In this document: piece by piece, positions 28,130 to 40,950 of the stretch
How positions within the stretch are numbered: position 1 is the first letter of the stretch
How the letters are laid out: each line of letters starts with the position of its first letter
Assembly: GCF_006345805.1 (NCBI RefSeq)
Contig: NC_042999.1
Span: 97,030,001-97,094,000 of the forward strand
DNA from: Octopus sinensis
Taxonomy: Eukaryota
Reading direction: 5' to 3'
DNA length: 64,000 bases
Notes under the pieces: model-generated
The model's input: the letters and a program-made list of their open reading frames with translations, nothing else
Databases searched by the model: none
What the model was told of the DNA's origin: nothing
Made by a program: the position numbers and the translations under genes

Positions 28130-28470
28130 AGTATATGTATGTGTGTGTACTTGTGTATATCAAAGTTGTGTGTGGGAAATCTTATATTAATGCCTGAGAT
28201 TGTAATAAGGGGAAAGTGTCGATAGGGGAAGCTCCAACGTTTATATTTATGGTATGGTCGGCCATTTTGCTAAGGTATATCTACGGTCATGAGGGCAGGA
28301 ACAAAACAGTTCACTTTTACAGTTTAGGCAAGCACCTGGATAAAGGGAGTCCTTTAAAATTATGTCAAGATAGCGAGTGAAGGATAAGAGATGTTACAGT
28401 ATGACTGAAAGCTTGGAGAGAGCAAGTGGCAGGGACAGTAGCGGAATATTTTCGTTTAATGCAACACAGA
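28130..28470 (-). mobile_element. Possible CR1/L2-group LINE 3' end remnant
   Basis: Minus strand shows remnants resembling SLAI....FKG and W..LP...FP..YNL, the C-terminus of CR1-group ORF2. Weak. Confidence 0.4.
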
Positions 28471-28479
28471 CATTTAAAT

Positions 28480-29135
28480 TTATAGGGTTTTTCTAAGAAT
28501 GTGGGCAGTACTTGTCAGCAAAATCTTTTGGATTTCTCTGAAACATGGTTCTCCTGGGATATTATCAAGATGTTTCTGACATCCCTTTCTTATTATACCA
28601 AGATCACCCACAATAACAGGTACCATTCTCGCTTTAAGATGCCACATCTTTTGTATTTCAATTTCCAGGTCCTCATATTTTTCTTAATTTGTCAAATTCT
28701 TTACATCTACAAGTATTTTCTTCCCCGTCTTTAATGACTATGTCTGGTCGATTAGCTTGGATCGTTCTGTCGATGTTGACTGGAAAATCCCAGAGGATAG
28801 TGACATTTTTACCTTCAACGACTGGCTCAGAATGATGTTCATACCAGTAAGCAGGGGTGCTGATTTTGTAGTGTTTACACATTTCCCAATGTAAATACTG
28901 TCCTACCCTATCGTGGCGACTTTTGTATTCGTTTGGTGTCTGCACAGGACATCCCGAGACGTGATAGTCTATTATTTAATCAAATTTATCGTAGAATCTG
29001 CACTTAGGGTTAGAACCGTTTTGAAGAATGTTAGCCTGGTACTTTTTGGTAAGCAAGCTTTGATCTTGTGCCGCTAATATGAAACCTTCAGTCTCTACTT
29101 TCAGTCCTTAGCTTCTCAACCACTGATTGGTTGCT
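28480..29135 (-). mobile_element. R4/Dong-type retrotransposon 3' fragment
   Basis: QWLRS*GLKVETEGFILAAQDQSL; ORF 28673-28945 EYKSRHDRVGQYLHW...ILWDFPVNIDRTIQANRPDIVIKD. Confidence 0.9.
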
Positions 29136-29689
29136 ACTTGCTATTATCATTAGGAAGGATAGTAATAATAACATATTTATTGTCCACAAAGGCAATTCGG
29201 ACAATACATGCTCGAGGAGGAGAAGGAGGGGGAGGAGGAGGAGGAGGAGGAGGAGGAGAAGAAGAAGAAGAAGAAGAAGAAGAAGAAGAAGAAGAAGAAG
29301 AAGAAGAAGAAGAAGAAGAAGAAGAAGAAGATTTTTTTCGTGTTCAGTTTGTGCGGAGATTTTGATCCTGGAATGCTAATATCAATCTTGTTTCTTTCTT
29401 CAAAGATACTTATTTCTCTTATAATTTTTCCTCATGCCGTTGTTCTTCCACAGTAGTTTGTTTTGTTCCTTCCACATTTTCTTAATATCGTCACTTACAT
29501 TTTCCACATTTTACAGTAGGCTTTTGTGCATGGCTACTTTTATCTCTCTGTCATTGGATGTCTAATATACCAGCCTAGGTTCTCTTCTTTGCTGTCAGCA
29601 CATTCAGTTATACTTAGTATAAAAACTGAATAAAGAAAAATATCAGCAAGCAAGATGTATCGGAAATGTACAGATTATATGAATCACTC

Positions 29690-29985
29690 TTCCATGTAAC
29701 ATGAGAATGTCCAAAAATATCGCAAACTGAATATAAGCTTAGACGCGATAATGTGACGAAGATCATCGATCTAGAACTGTCACAAAGACGGTCTCATTGG
29801 TGAAGTCAAAGATCAAATGGTCTCACCACAAAAGTCATGGTGAATACCAATGCTAAAATCTTCAGGAACCTTAACATATAAGCTGACCATGTAATAGAAC
29901 ATAGGTCAGATATTTTAGTTTTGTATAGGAAAGATAGAAAATGTGACATTATAGACAAAGCGACCCCTGGGAACAAGAATATAAA
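29690..29985 (+). mobile_element. R4/Dong-type RLE fragment (different subfamily)
   Basis: ECPKISQTEYKLRRDNV and ADHVIEHRSDILVLYRKDRKCDIIDKATPG read directly from the + strand. Confidence 0.75.
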
Positions 29986-30224
29986 AGGAGGCAGAGATTA
30001 ATAGTGCCGGAGTGAGAGGTGAAGGTAGAGGAGATAAATGGCAAATAGAGCGCGACGTATCAATGGGAAAAGAAGGGGTGATAGATGAATAACAAAACAA
30101 GGAGAGAAAGAGCCGATAAACGGCGTTTGAAGTGTGAGTATATGTGTGTATGCGTGTGCGTGTACGGAGAGAACTATGTGAAAATTTACATATACATGTA
30201 AAGTAAAGAAAATATAAAATATAA

Positions 30225-30407
30225 TCCAGAATCCTTGTCCGGTACCAGATCGATCCCAAAATCTAATCAGTTTATCTAAACATCCCTGAAAGTTTCATCC
30301 GAATCCATCCACCGGTTCTTGAGATATCTTGTCCACGGACAAACAAACAAGCAAACAAACAAACACAACTGAAAACAATACCTCCGCGTTCGCTACCGCG
30401 AAGGTAA
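30225..30407 (+). mobile_element. Non-autonomous Helentron-like (HINE/DINE-1-type) element end
   Basis: TTTCATCCGAATCCATCCACCGGTTCTTGAGATATC, internal (CAAA)n, then GAAAACAAT and a terminal hairpin ACCTCCGCG-TTCGCTAC-CGCGAAGGT (30380-30405) ending in AA. The architecture matches such elements; the assignment is from recall. Confidence 0.55.
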
Positions 30408-30425
30408 ATAATAATAATAATAATA

Positions 30426-30495
<70 letters not shown>

Positions 30496-30822
30496 TACAA
30501 CAACAGCTACAGCAACAACAACAGCAACAGCAACAACAACAGTAACAACAACAGCAACAACAATAACAGCGACAAAAACAATAATAATATAGGAAATTGA
30601 GAATAAAATTTCATTTCCAGTAATTATGTCTGTATTCAGTGATCTGCGGTTCCTATTTATTTGATTGATGGTTACCTATTAACATTTAGCCATATTCTTT
30701 CATCTAATGAAGCCGTTGCACACAGTCTATATTCTTTTCTACCGTATCCATTCTAGCATAACGTCTGAATCGAGACTTGCTCTACATATGGCAGACATTG
30801 ACTCTAACTAACTAACTATCTA

Positions 30823-30855
<33 letters not shown>

Positions 30856-30987
30856 CGTTCTCGCTCTCTCTCTATATATATGTGTGTATGTATATATATA
30901 CCTATACTCATATATATATATATGCGTGTATATATATTATGTAGGCATATATATATATATATATATATATCGACACACACACAAACA

Positions 30988-31041
<54 letters not shown>

Positions 31042-31486
31042 TATGCCTACATAATATATATACACGCACATATTAAATATATACATTTATATACCACTGT
31101 ATATCAGTGTGTGCGTATACAATCTATATACTAAGTACATACGTTTATATATTTCTGTGTAGCAGTGTGTGTGTGTGTGTATACATGTGTGTGTATACAT
31201 ATGTGTGTGTGTATGTATACATACATATTTTATATATATATATACACACACACATATGTACATATACATACATACACATTCATATACACATACATGTATA
31301 AACCTATATATGTACAGATTTCGACGCTGCGCCGCGTAATCATAGACGGCACACATCTTTTAAAATTGCAGGAGGCGGCAGCAGCGGAAGCGATGGAGGT
31401 AACAGCATCGGAGACCTTGGAGGTATTGACTATGTTGGAGATAATGGTAGCGGCGGCGGTTGTCGTCGTCGTCGTCGACATAGTAA

Positions 31487-31554
<68 letters not shown>

Positions 31555-31983
31555 ACGGTGGACGGTCGTCATGACCTCGGGCTTTAAATAACATACAGCA
31601 CCAGTTACCAATGCATTATTACCATCCCAAGAAATCGTCGTTCAACATATCGTGAATGTCCGTGTGTTTTTTTTTTCTTTCTTCGCATTCTTGTAGTGCA
31701 TAAATACCAGGAAGTGGTATTTACTTCTTGATGAGGTGAAAGCACTACCAATTTCGGACGGTGCAACTGTTCATTAAGGTGGCTTGCCAGCTTATCAGTA
31801 ATGATAGCAAAAAAAAAGGTGCATGTTCCCGCCGTTATCAGGTATCATTTCCACGGTCCAGCCAATGCGTTGTAGCTTGAGAGAAATTATACCAACAAAG
31901 TATTCGAACTAAGTTGGAAATAGAAGAAAATGATTTGGTTAAAGACACACAAGATTAAAGGACTTTCAATAATATCAAGACCT

Positions 31984-32200
31984 AAGGCTGCGAGCTGGCA
32001 GGATGGTTAGCACGTCGGGTGAAATGCTTAGCAGCATTTCGCCCGTCTTTACGTTCTGAGTTTGAATTCCGCCGAGGTCGACTTTACCTTTCATTCTATC
32101 GGGGTCGAGAAAATAAGTACCAATTTAACACTGGGGTAGATGAAATCGAATTACCCGACCCCTAACATTGCTGGTCTTGTGTCTAAATTTGAAACCAATA
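31984..32200 (+). mobile_element. SINE family A copy
   Basis: AAGGCTGCGAGCTGGCAGGATGGTTAGCACG head; CCGCCGAGGTCGACTTTACCTTTCATT...AAATAAGTACCA core. Confidence 0.9.
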
Positions 32201-32419
32201 ACACCAATACCTACAACTTAGTTTTGCAAAAGGTACCGGAGACGACCGTTCTTGCCAATAGTTTCAAAGACTTCAGTGCGAAGACTATGAAGTGGAATAC
32301 GATTTTGGAAGATTCTAAGCAGGGGATTTTTATAGTATATCACAGATGGAAAGTGAAACAAATGTCAAGAAAGAGTATTTCAGAACTTGACTGGGTGATA
32401 CAGGTGACAATTATCTTTT

Positions 32420-32580
32420 ATCTTTTACTTGTTTCGCTCATTAGACTACAGCCATACCAGGGCACCGCCTTCAAGAACTTTTAGGCGAATGAACCGACCC
32501 CTGTGTTTTATTTAAGCCTCGTACTTATTCTATCCGTTCTTGGGTTGAACCGTTAAGTTATGGAGACGTAAACAAACCAA
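32420..32580 (-). mobile_element. SINE family B 3' fragment
   Basis: Reverse complement of the ...AACTTAACGGTTC...GAATAAGTAC.AGGCTT...AAGGCGGTGCCC..GTATGGC tail. Confidence 0.75.
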
Positions 32581-32664
32581 CATTGCAGTTCTATATTTAA
32601 GAGATGAGGAATTATGTACATTATTTACATTTGACGGATATTTGTCCTCATCTTGTTTGTTGTT

Positions 32665-32710
32665 AACACAACGTTTTAGCTGATATACCCTCCAGCCTTC
32701 ATCAGGTGTC
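32665..32710 (-). ncRNA. Minimal type I hammerhead ribozyme remnant (Penelope-type), core mutated
   Basis: Minus strand: GACAC-CUGAUGA-A-GGCUG GAGGGUAUAU CAGCU-AAAAC-GUU-GUGUU. Stem I is GACAC/GUGUU, stem II GGCUG/CAGCU, stem III the palindromic ACGU, cleavage triplet GUU. The expected CGAAAC reads UAAAAC. Confidence 0.7.
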
Positions 32711-33263
32711 TTGGGGAAATTTCGAACCTGGGTTCTCATTCCTAAGGTATTTTTCGATGTTGTTGTTGTTGTTATTATTATTATTATTATTATTTTTTAT
32801 TATTATTATTATTATCATTATTATTCAGGTCACTTCCTGGAATCATGGGGTTAAGAGCGTAAAATGTGTTTATTATGATAGTTTTGACTTTAAGAGTCCC
32901 TCGTAGCGTGAGGCATTTATGGTATGTATATATATATAAATGATGAACGGCCTTAATCGATTTTCGAATCTTATTGGTTTCTCATCAGAGGCATCTACAT
33001 TATCCTGATAGCAAACAACCAAGAGCTAGACAACAGGCCACTCACTGACTCATGGCTGACCGTTAGTAAGAAAGCTACACAAATAAGAAAGAAGAAAGCA
33101 AAAGACCGCTGATGAGGTCACAGAAGTGTAACGAAAGAACTCTGGCCGAAATACGATTAATGTAAAATATAAAATAAAGCTGAAGAAAATGAACACCAAA
33201 TATATAGTGCGTGTGTTTTTATTGGCTAAACTGGCAACATGACCGTCCCCAAATACAACAATA

Positions 33264-33306
<43 letters not shown>

Positions 33307-34047
33307 ATGTATGTATGTATGTATGTATGTATGTATGTATGTATGTATATAGATGGATGGATATTTTTTGTCTGGAAATTACCACTCCTTTAGCTTATCC
33401 GCTCTACAGTGTGAGACGATAGCTTACAACTACTTATAACAGATGCTATGAGTTGCAAGTACTGCTATATTTCATTTACCTAACAGTGCGTATTAATTAA
33501 CTAAAATTAATATTCGCTGCCAATAAATAGACTGATACACGGATCAGGGAAATCACTGCTTGTCTCTTGTACCATTTGTACTGAAGTAGCTCCGTAGAAT
33601 GAAACAAGTAGATACTCTTAATGTGCTGCAATAACCAGGCGAAACTAACTATGTTATGTGTCTTCAGCTTTTTTCTGGGTAGAGAGATAGGGAGGAAGAG
33701 AAGAGGAACTTTATTTTATACATCGTTGCTAAGTAAATATTTATTAAACATATGAATGGAAACATATTTACGCATGCACGGTAACTCAGAAAAGTAGCTG
33801 TTCATACATACATGCATACATACATACATACATACATACATACAACATACATACATACATACATACATACATACATGTATACATACATACATGCATACAT
33901 ACATGCATGCATGCATACATGCATGTATATTTGTATATTCTTGCGAAAACGTTAAACGCTCAATATACACCTGTGTTGGGAGTGTCTGTTATAATTAACT
34001 GTTAGTAAACCGATTAACGCCTCATGTATGTGTGTGTGTGTGTGTGT

Positions 34048-34095
<48 letters not shown>

Positions 34096-36356
34096 GCAGA
34101 CCAGCAAAGAACCAAGAGCTAGACTACAGGCCACTCACTGACTCATGCCTTGGCGTTCAGATAGCCAGCCTGTAATTAATTTATGTACGTATTGTCTTAA
34201 TATTCTAATTTACTTTATTGGTGTATGAATGTTATTTGCTTGTTTCGTGGGTGGTTTATAAATTAGTGCATAACATTACTTCCATCTGTTTGGCGAATTC
34301 TATTTACATTTCTTATACAATCCTGCGATGAATGTGGATTTTTTTTAATAAGTTAAGTAAACACCATTTAGTGGACTTCCTTTTACCAAAACCAGAGCTT
34401 TAAAAAAAGATGCATTGCCGACCCAAAAAGAAAAATTTTTTAAATGCATTTCTGACATTGAAATTAATGAAAGTGAAAAAAAAAAGGATATACGAGGAAA
34501 TTTAACTGTGAACTTGATGAAATTTTTTACAACTTTTTACATGGAAGTATTTCTTATTTGTTGGTCGTGTCTTACATTTTTAAAAGAAAATACAGTGTGG
34601 AATTCTTTAAATTATCTAAATCCCCTGCACACTGCAATCGCCCGACACAAATATCTATTACCCATTTACAAGCATCCTCTAAAAGAATTTGGAAAAAAGT
34701 GGCTGTAATTGATGTAGCGCTGGACAAACAGAAATCGCCTTATTAACAGACACTGAGAAGAACTTTTGAAAAACGAAAAGATCTTAAACTTTCAGGCAAA
34801 AATGAGTTATCTGAAAACAGCGGTAAATATACTGAATAAGCATTATGTCTGATTTTGATGAAAAATAGCGAAGTCATTTTTAAATTCTACTTTTTTAAAG
34901 GTTGTCCTCAACTATTCAGCACGATTAAATCCAATCAATTACTGTTGTTGTTTGGACCAAATACACTCATATCACCATTCAATGAATGAAACTTATGTTT
35001 CCCTCAACTTTTATCTATTATATACTAGACAGATCATAGTCTTCGTCTTCGGTTTTCTCGATCCGAGTTGTTCCGCTTATATTTCGACTTCTAATATAGG
35101 CTAGCAGGTGATTGTTGAGGCCCAGATTGGACTGACAGATTCAATAGCATTCTCAGTGCAGGAACATTGGTGGTTTTTCACTGATGTTAGCTAGTCTTCT
35201 CACCTCTCATCTGACATTTAATAAAGGCTTTTCCCACTCATCTCGAAAGAAAATCGTGAGAATATTAAAATGATCTTCAGCTCACATCAGATAAAATCTT
35301 ATTCGGTTCTAATAAATGTACACCTTTTGCTGCAATTAGTTGTTGTCCCTCATCGAGAAAACATGCGATCAAATGTAATCTAGAATAACCAATTTGTTTG
35401 TTAATTTCCCCGTATATGGTATATCTTGAACTACATTATCTAACATCGCTTCCTTTTGAAGATTGTATTCTTTGAAGGATTTTAGACTATTGTTTTTAGC
35501 ATAACGTATATATAATATAAAATAAAAGCGATTAGCCGTAATACGTATAAATACAAACTTATACATGCTTGAGGCATATTCGAACCTGTAAGAAAGCCAT
35601 TCACTGTATTTTGTCATAGTACGATGACGGGAATATAACAGTAATAATAATATTGATTTCAATATCCTTCAAAGCATGCAATCTTTAAAAGAAAGTAATA
35701 TTAGATAAAATTAGAAACCAATATTAATATAAAGAGCACGATGTTTACTCTTATTTTAATTTCATTCCTCGAGCAGAAACAGTCTTGAGAGGCAAACAAT
35801 TTGCAGTTAGTAATTATCGCCCGACAAGGGAGAAAGACTGCGACTTGATTTCAATTGTCTCCAAGTCAGCTGACTACACTTTTAAAAACTTCTAATTTTC
35901 TTCTTCCTGTCAGCATATAGGATCTTTTGACCTAGCAAAAATATAATCAGACTAAAGATGATGAAGATTGCTACTACTGAACACACACAAAAAGACCAGC
36001 TAAATTGCATTGTAGCATTTAGTTTAATCTCTTATTTTCTAAGTAAAAATTCTGATGATGATGGCAATCAAATAAATTGTAATAATTTATTGAGAGTTCA
36101 ATTGACTATAGAGAAAATATGTGCCAACGGGTTTTTATACTAAATTAATTCATTGTGATAATGTGACGGCGGAGATAATGACACATTAAAATTCCGGTCT
36201 GATAAATTACAGGAGTTGACAACCGTCTGGCTACTTTGATGAAGAGCTGGTACATACATATACACACAAACATATTCTCATGCATTCTGATTTATTTCAA
36301 CTGTATGTTTGTATGTGGGTGTATATATACAGACACACATACATGCATGCATACAT

Positions 36357-36412
<56 letters not shown>

Positions 36413-36489
36413 TAATATATAATATATATAAATATATGCATATATACATACATATATGTACATACCTACATATATATGTATATATATAC

Positions 36490-36900
36490 AAGTACATATG
36501 GGTACAGGACATCAAAAGACGTTGAACACAAGGGAAACGAAAACATAAAAACAAAAACATAGAAACGAACTTTTTATCGAACAACGAAAAACAACAAACA
36601 GAGAAACGAGACATACAACATAAAGAATATTCCCCCTCTTCAGTTGTCCCTGTTTCATGTACTCCACGTTTCGAAGGCAAGGACAAGACGCGACTTCTTG
36701 AAACAATCCTTCCCGCAAAGCAAATTAAATAAAATTTGCGATTTTATGTAGAGGGTGAAAGTGGTAACAAGAACAGGCCAGTGAGAACAAAACAGTAAAA
36801 ACAAAAAAAAAAGTGAAAACAGTAAAAGACAGAACAATGAGAACAAGACAGTAAAAACAAACGGTGTGGGCCGTTAAGTCAAGACGATGGAAAATTTATT
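36490..36900. mobile_element. Interspersed repeat in (TA)n, homologous to 55640-55915 (probably Penelope-derived)
   Basis: Both begin ATATGGGTACAGGA and share TCAGTTGTC-N11-TACTCC-N3-TTTCGA. Confidence 0.55.
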
Positions 36901-37296
36901 CTGAACGTTTAGGAAGGCGAGCTTATGAAAGAGACAGTATAAGCACGTTTAGTCTTTACGAAGGTTGTGGGTAGAAAGGTAGATTCTCTTTTGTTACGTG
37001 TCCGCAACGAGAGGGTCGAGGAGGAGGAGTGAGAGAGAGGGAACGGTGAAGGGGAGAGGAGAAGAATAGGGAAGGGTGGGAAAGAAGACCAGAGAGGATG
37101 AAGAACAAGAGGGGGGAGAGATAGACAGAGAAGAGATAGTAAAGATAGAAGAGTGCGCATCGTAATTATTAAGATAAAACTTACTTGGAAAAGGATGCGA
37201 GGCGTTCGATCATATTATATACGCCATGATAGATCGCTAGCTCCTACACGCATTTTTTCTCTCCTTGTTTCTCTCTTTTGTTTTTTTTTCTGTGTA

Positions 37297-37334
37297 TCTT
37301 TCTGTCGAAGAGCGTAGGCTCGAAACGTAAAATA
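37297..37334 (+). ncRNA. Minimal hammerhead-like motif with variant core CUGUCGA
   Basis: UCUUU-CUGUCGA-A-GAGC GUAG GCUC-GAAAC-GUA-AAAUA. Stem II is a perfect 4 bp, stem III ACGU, cleavage triplet GUA. Stem I pairs with AAAGA in the sister copy. Confidence 0.55.
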
Positions 37335-37422
37335 CTTTTTCTATTCCTGAGCGCTATACTAATACATTTGTTTGTTTGCACTCCACCTGCCTTCGTCTTT
37401 TGTTTATTTTCGTAAACTTTCC

Positions 37423-37490
<68 letters not shown>

Positions 37491-37497
37491 ATATATA

Positions 37498-37850
37498 TGG
37501 CGCAGCCATGGGTGTGTAGTAAGCAGCTTGCCTTTCATCCACATGGTACCAAATTCAGTCCCACTACGTAGCACCTTCGGCAAGGGTTTTCTACTATACT
37601 CTCGGGCCATGTATATATGTGTGTCTTTGTGCTTGTGTTTGTCTCCCAATCACCGCTTGACAATCGGTGTTGGTATGTTTACGTCCCCGTAACCTAGCAG
37701 TTTGGCAATAGGTACTGATAGAATAAGTACTAGGCTTTAAAAAAAATATGTCCTTGGGTAGATTTGTTCGACTAAAACCCTTCAAGGCGGTACTCCAGCA
37801 TGTCTGCAGTCAAATGACTGAAACAAGTAAAATAAAAGAATAAAAGAATA
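37498..37850 (+). mobile_element. SINE family B copy
   Basis: GGCGCAGCCATGGGTGTGTAGTAAGCAGCTTGC head; tail CCAGCATGTCTGCAGTCAAATGACTGAAACAAGTAAAA. Confidence 0.9.
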
Positions 37851-38287
37851 TAGAGAGACAGAGGGAAGAAAGAGAGAGAGAGAGATAAAAAGAGAGATAG
37901 AATTAAGAAATAAGGATGAGAAATTCAAGGCATCAGTACATGCGTTTCAAAAGCGTGTTTATTTATTTCATAATGCATAATAAATTACATAATATTACAT
38001 AATTTCACATTATTGCGTAACCACTTTATTTCCTCGGGAGTTATTCTGCTTTCCATCGGCGAAATTCGATCTTTGTCCCTGTTTGTCCATCCCCTCAGTA
38101 ATATTTCCTATATCATTGACGCAGTCAGACGAGTAGTACCATGGAATATAAAGTCTTCGGATTTAAAAGTGCCGAAACTGCGCTTCTAGTCTCGATTTCC
38201 ATGGTTGATAAGATCTGTTTCCTTGTATTTCTATTATTATTTATATATTCTATTTTTTATTATTTCACACACACACGGATAAAAAGG

Positions 38288-38515
<228 letters not shown>

Positions 38516-38540
38516 TTGTACGTATGTATGCATGTGTGTG

Positions 38541-39080
38541 TTCTCTTTCTAATTATTTAAATTCATCCTCTAAGGGATAATCTGGTTTCTAACAAAGATA
38601 CAAAGTTCTATCGCTGGAACGTAGATAACAAAAATAATGCTATATTTTAAACTTGAGTAAAGTTTTGAATATCTTTACTTGTTGCACTAACAGATATTCG
38701 CAATGTGCATGTTAGTTGGTTGATTTCCTTTTCTGAAAACTCTAGCGTAACCAGATTGTCCCTTAGGCATTTACCCAAAAAACCAAATGCACCGATTATT
38801 TCTGATATAATTTTGAATTTATAATCTGGAAATAGAAACTGGAAGTTTTGAAGCAGTTATTCATAGTTATTTTCTTTGTCTCTGATTTTCAAAGAAATAT
38901 TCGCAATAGCAGAACAGCTGACTTATAGGACGGTACATACTTTTCTTGTCTGTCCCAGACAACAATATCCGGCTTGTTGTGGTTAGACTTGACATCTGTT
39001 TTGATGGGAATGTTCCACCAGTACTCCTTGTGTTGACCTTTGTGTATATATCCAATAACAAGGGTATTTTGTATGAATAT
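38541..39080 (-). mobile_element. Divergent 3' fragment of RLE family R2x
   Basis: EYWWNIPIKTDVKSNHNKPDIVVWDRQEK (RLE PD motif); colinear with 42338-42815 down to the 3' UTR. Confidence 0.8.
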
Positions 39081-39139
39081 TTGTATGTATGTATGTATGT
39101 ATGTATGTATGTATGTATGTATGTATGTATGTATGTATC

Positions 39140-39293
39140 TATGTATCATCTGGTGAGGAATTTCGCAACCACGCACTCTTGGGTTCAGCCTCACCACATG
39201 GCACTTTTAGTGTCTTTTCATATAGCCCTAGAAGAATCAATGCCTTGTGAGTGAAGTTGGCAAACTGAAATGATGTGGAAGTCCATCGTATAC

Positions 39294-39373
<80 letters not shown>

Positions 39374-39538
39374 ATTTGTCCTCCTACCACCTGATATCCA
39401 ACACTGCTTTGTTTACGTCCTCGTAACTTAGTGACAGAATAAATACCAAATCAATTTGTTCGTCTAAACAATTCAACGTGGTACTGCAGTATAACCACAG
39501 TCCAATGAATGGAACAAATAAACGAATAAAAGAATATA
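39140..39538 (+). mobile_element. Degenerate SINE family B copy
   Basis: GGGTTCAGCCTCACCACATGGCAC core, internal (TG)n, GTTTACGTCCTCGTAACTTAG and CACAGTCCAATGAATGGAACAAATAAA tail. Confidence 0.75.
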
Positions 39539-39879
39539 CACAGAGAAAAAGGTTTGAGTCACTAAACGTGACGCATTTTCAAAATTCTTGATTATCAAAA
39601 TATTCGTTTTTCTTTTTCTTCATTTATTTTAATCGAGCCTTTTATTGTGTTTGCATATTTTTCATTAGCTTTCATGTTTATTCATTTTTAAAAATTAATA
39701 TTGAATGCTTCTGGCATGATAATCTTCTACTTCTTTAATCGTTTTAGTTATATTGTTAGCAAGCTTTTACCACAACGCAACTTTGAATTTTAAATTATAG
39801 CATTCTTCAAGAACTGTTGCTAATAAAGTTTCATTTGACAATTTTTAAATTATCCTTTGAATTAGTAATCTGCCATGAA

Positions 39880-40345
39880 TTTTCCATTTGGTTCCAGCAG
39901 GAGATTGTTCAAACCAAATGAAAGTGCCCAAATGCATGATCTTTGAGATGTTGGTTGGTATACTGCCGATCGCGAAAACAAGCGGCCGAAATGGGGTTCC
40001 TTCGAAGGATTTCTGAAGGACTGTGACATGTCAGGGTGCGTAGCCCAGAGTTCAAGAAGTCTCTTCAGGTCGAGCCGTTTCTTCTTGGCATTGTGAGATC
40101 ACATCTTCGGTACTAAGGACATGTGATTAGAATATCACAGGAAAGAGTCGCAAGACGGATTCATCAAGTCCGGCCAACCGACAGGAGACCATAAATGAAA
40201 CGGTGGGATAATATCGTTAGTTTCAGCTGGTCATGCTTAGGGATCCAGCCAGAAAGTCTAATGATGGTTGCTTCTGATAAGACCTAATATAGGAAGTAGT
40301 GAGGATTCTACCCCAACATTGCCTCTCAGGAGTAATGCACAAAAA
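39880..40345 (+). mobile_element. RTE-clade LINE C-terminal fragment
   Basis: RKQAAEMGFLRRISEG...RVRSPEFKKSLQVEPFLLGIVRSHLRY*GHVIRISQERVARR...RRP matches the RTE post-RT QAAEM.FLR / QLRW.GHV.RM pattern, with in-frame stops. Confidence 0.85.
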
Positions 40346-40950
40346 TAATGGATTGATGAGAAAATATTACCATTCTGGAATATGCCGGCTGTTGTAGAAA
40401 TGAAACAAGATGCTTTTGCATAATTTCTTCCTGATATGATTTTGTGAAACTATGTCTTGAGACAGATATTGTTATATTCTGGGGTGGTCATTTTTTATCA
40501 GAGAATGAGTAGCTCAAGACATTGATGATTTATGAACTACACCTGTATCTTCATGATACCACTATCATATCTTTTTATTAGTTAAAGGCTATAGTATGTA
40601 TCTTCTACGAGGAAGATTGCAAAACAAAATATCAGAATTTTAAGTTTGTACCATTAAAACTCAATAAATTATCGTATGAACCATATTTGCTTATCAAAAA
40701 CTGGAGTTTGGATTTCAAGCATACATTTGTAGATAATAATAATTATGTTTGCATTTATGAGTCTATATCTGTTTATATATGTAAAAATAACCTTTACATT
40801 GTATAAAAATAAAAAGAATGTGTGTGCGTGCGTGCGTGTGTGTGTCTATGTGTGAATAACTGTGTATATGCGCGTCTTCTAAAAACCTGTTCATACATTA
40901 GGTTACACATAGTTTCCTAATAACCTTCATTGAACTGAATATCAATATAT

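Noticed and set aside
31375-31431. AG...GT-bounded Gly/Ser-rich putative exon
   Set aside because: Embedded in degenerate triplet repeats with a weak acceptor and no partner exons.
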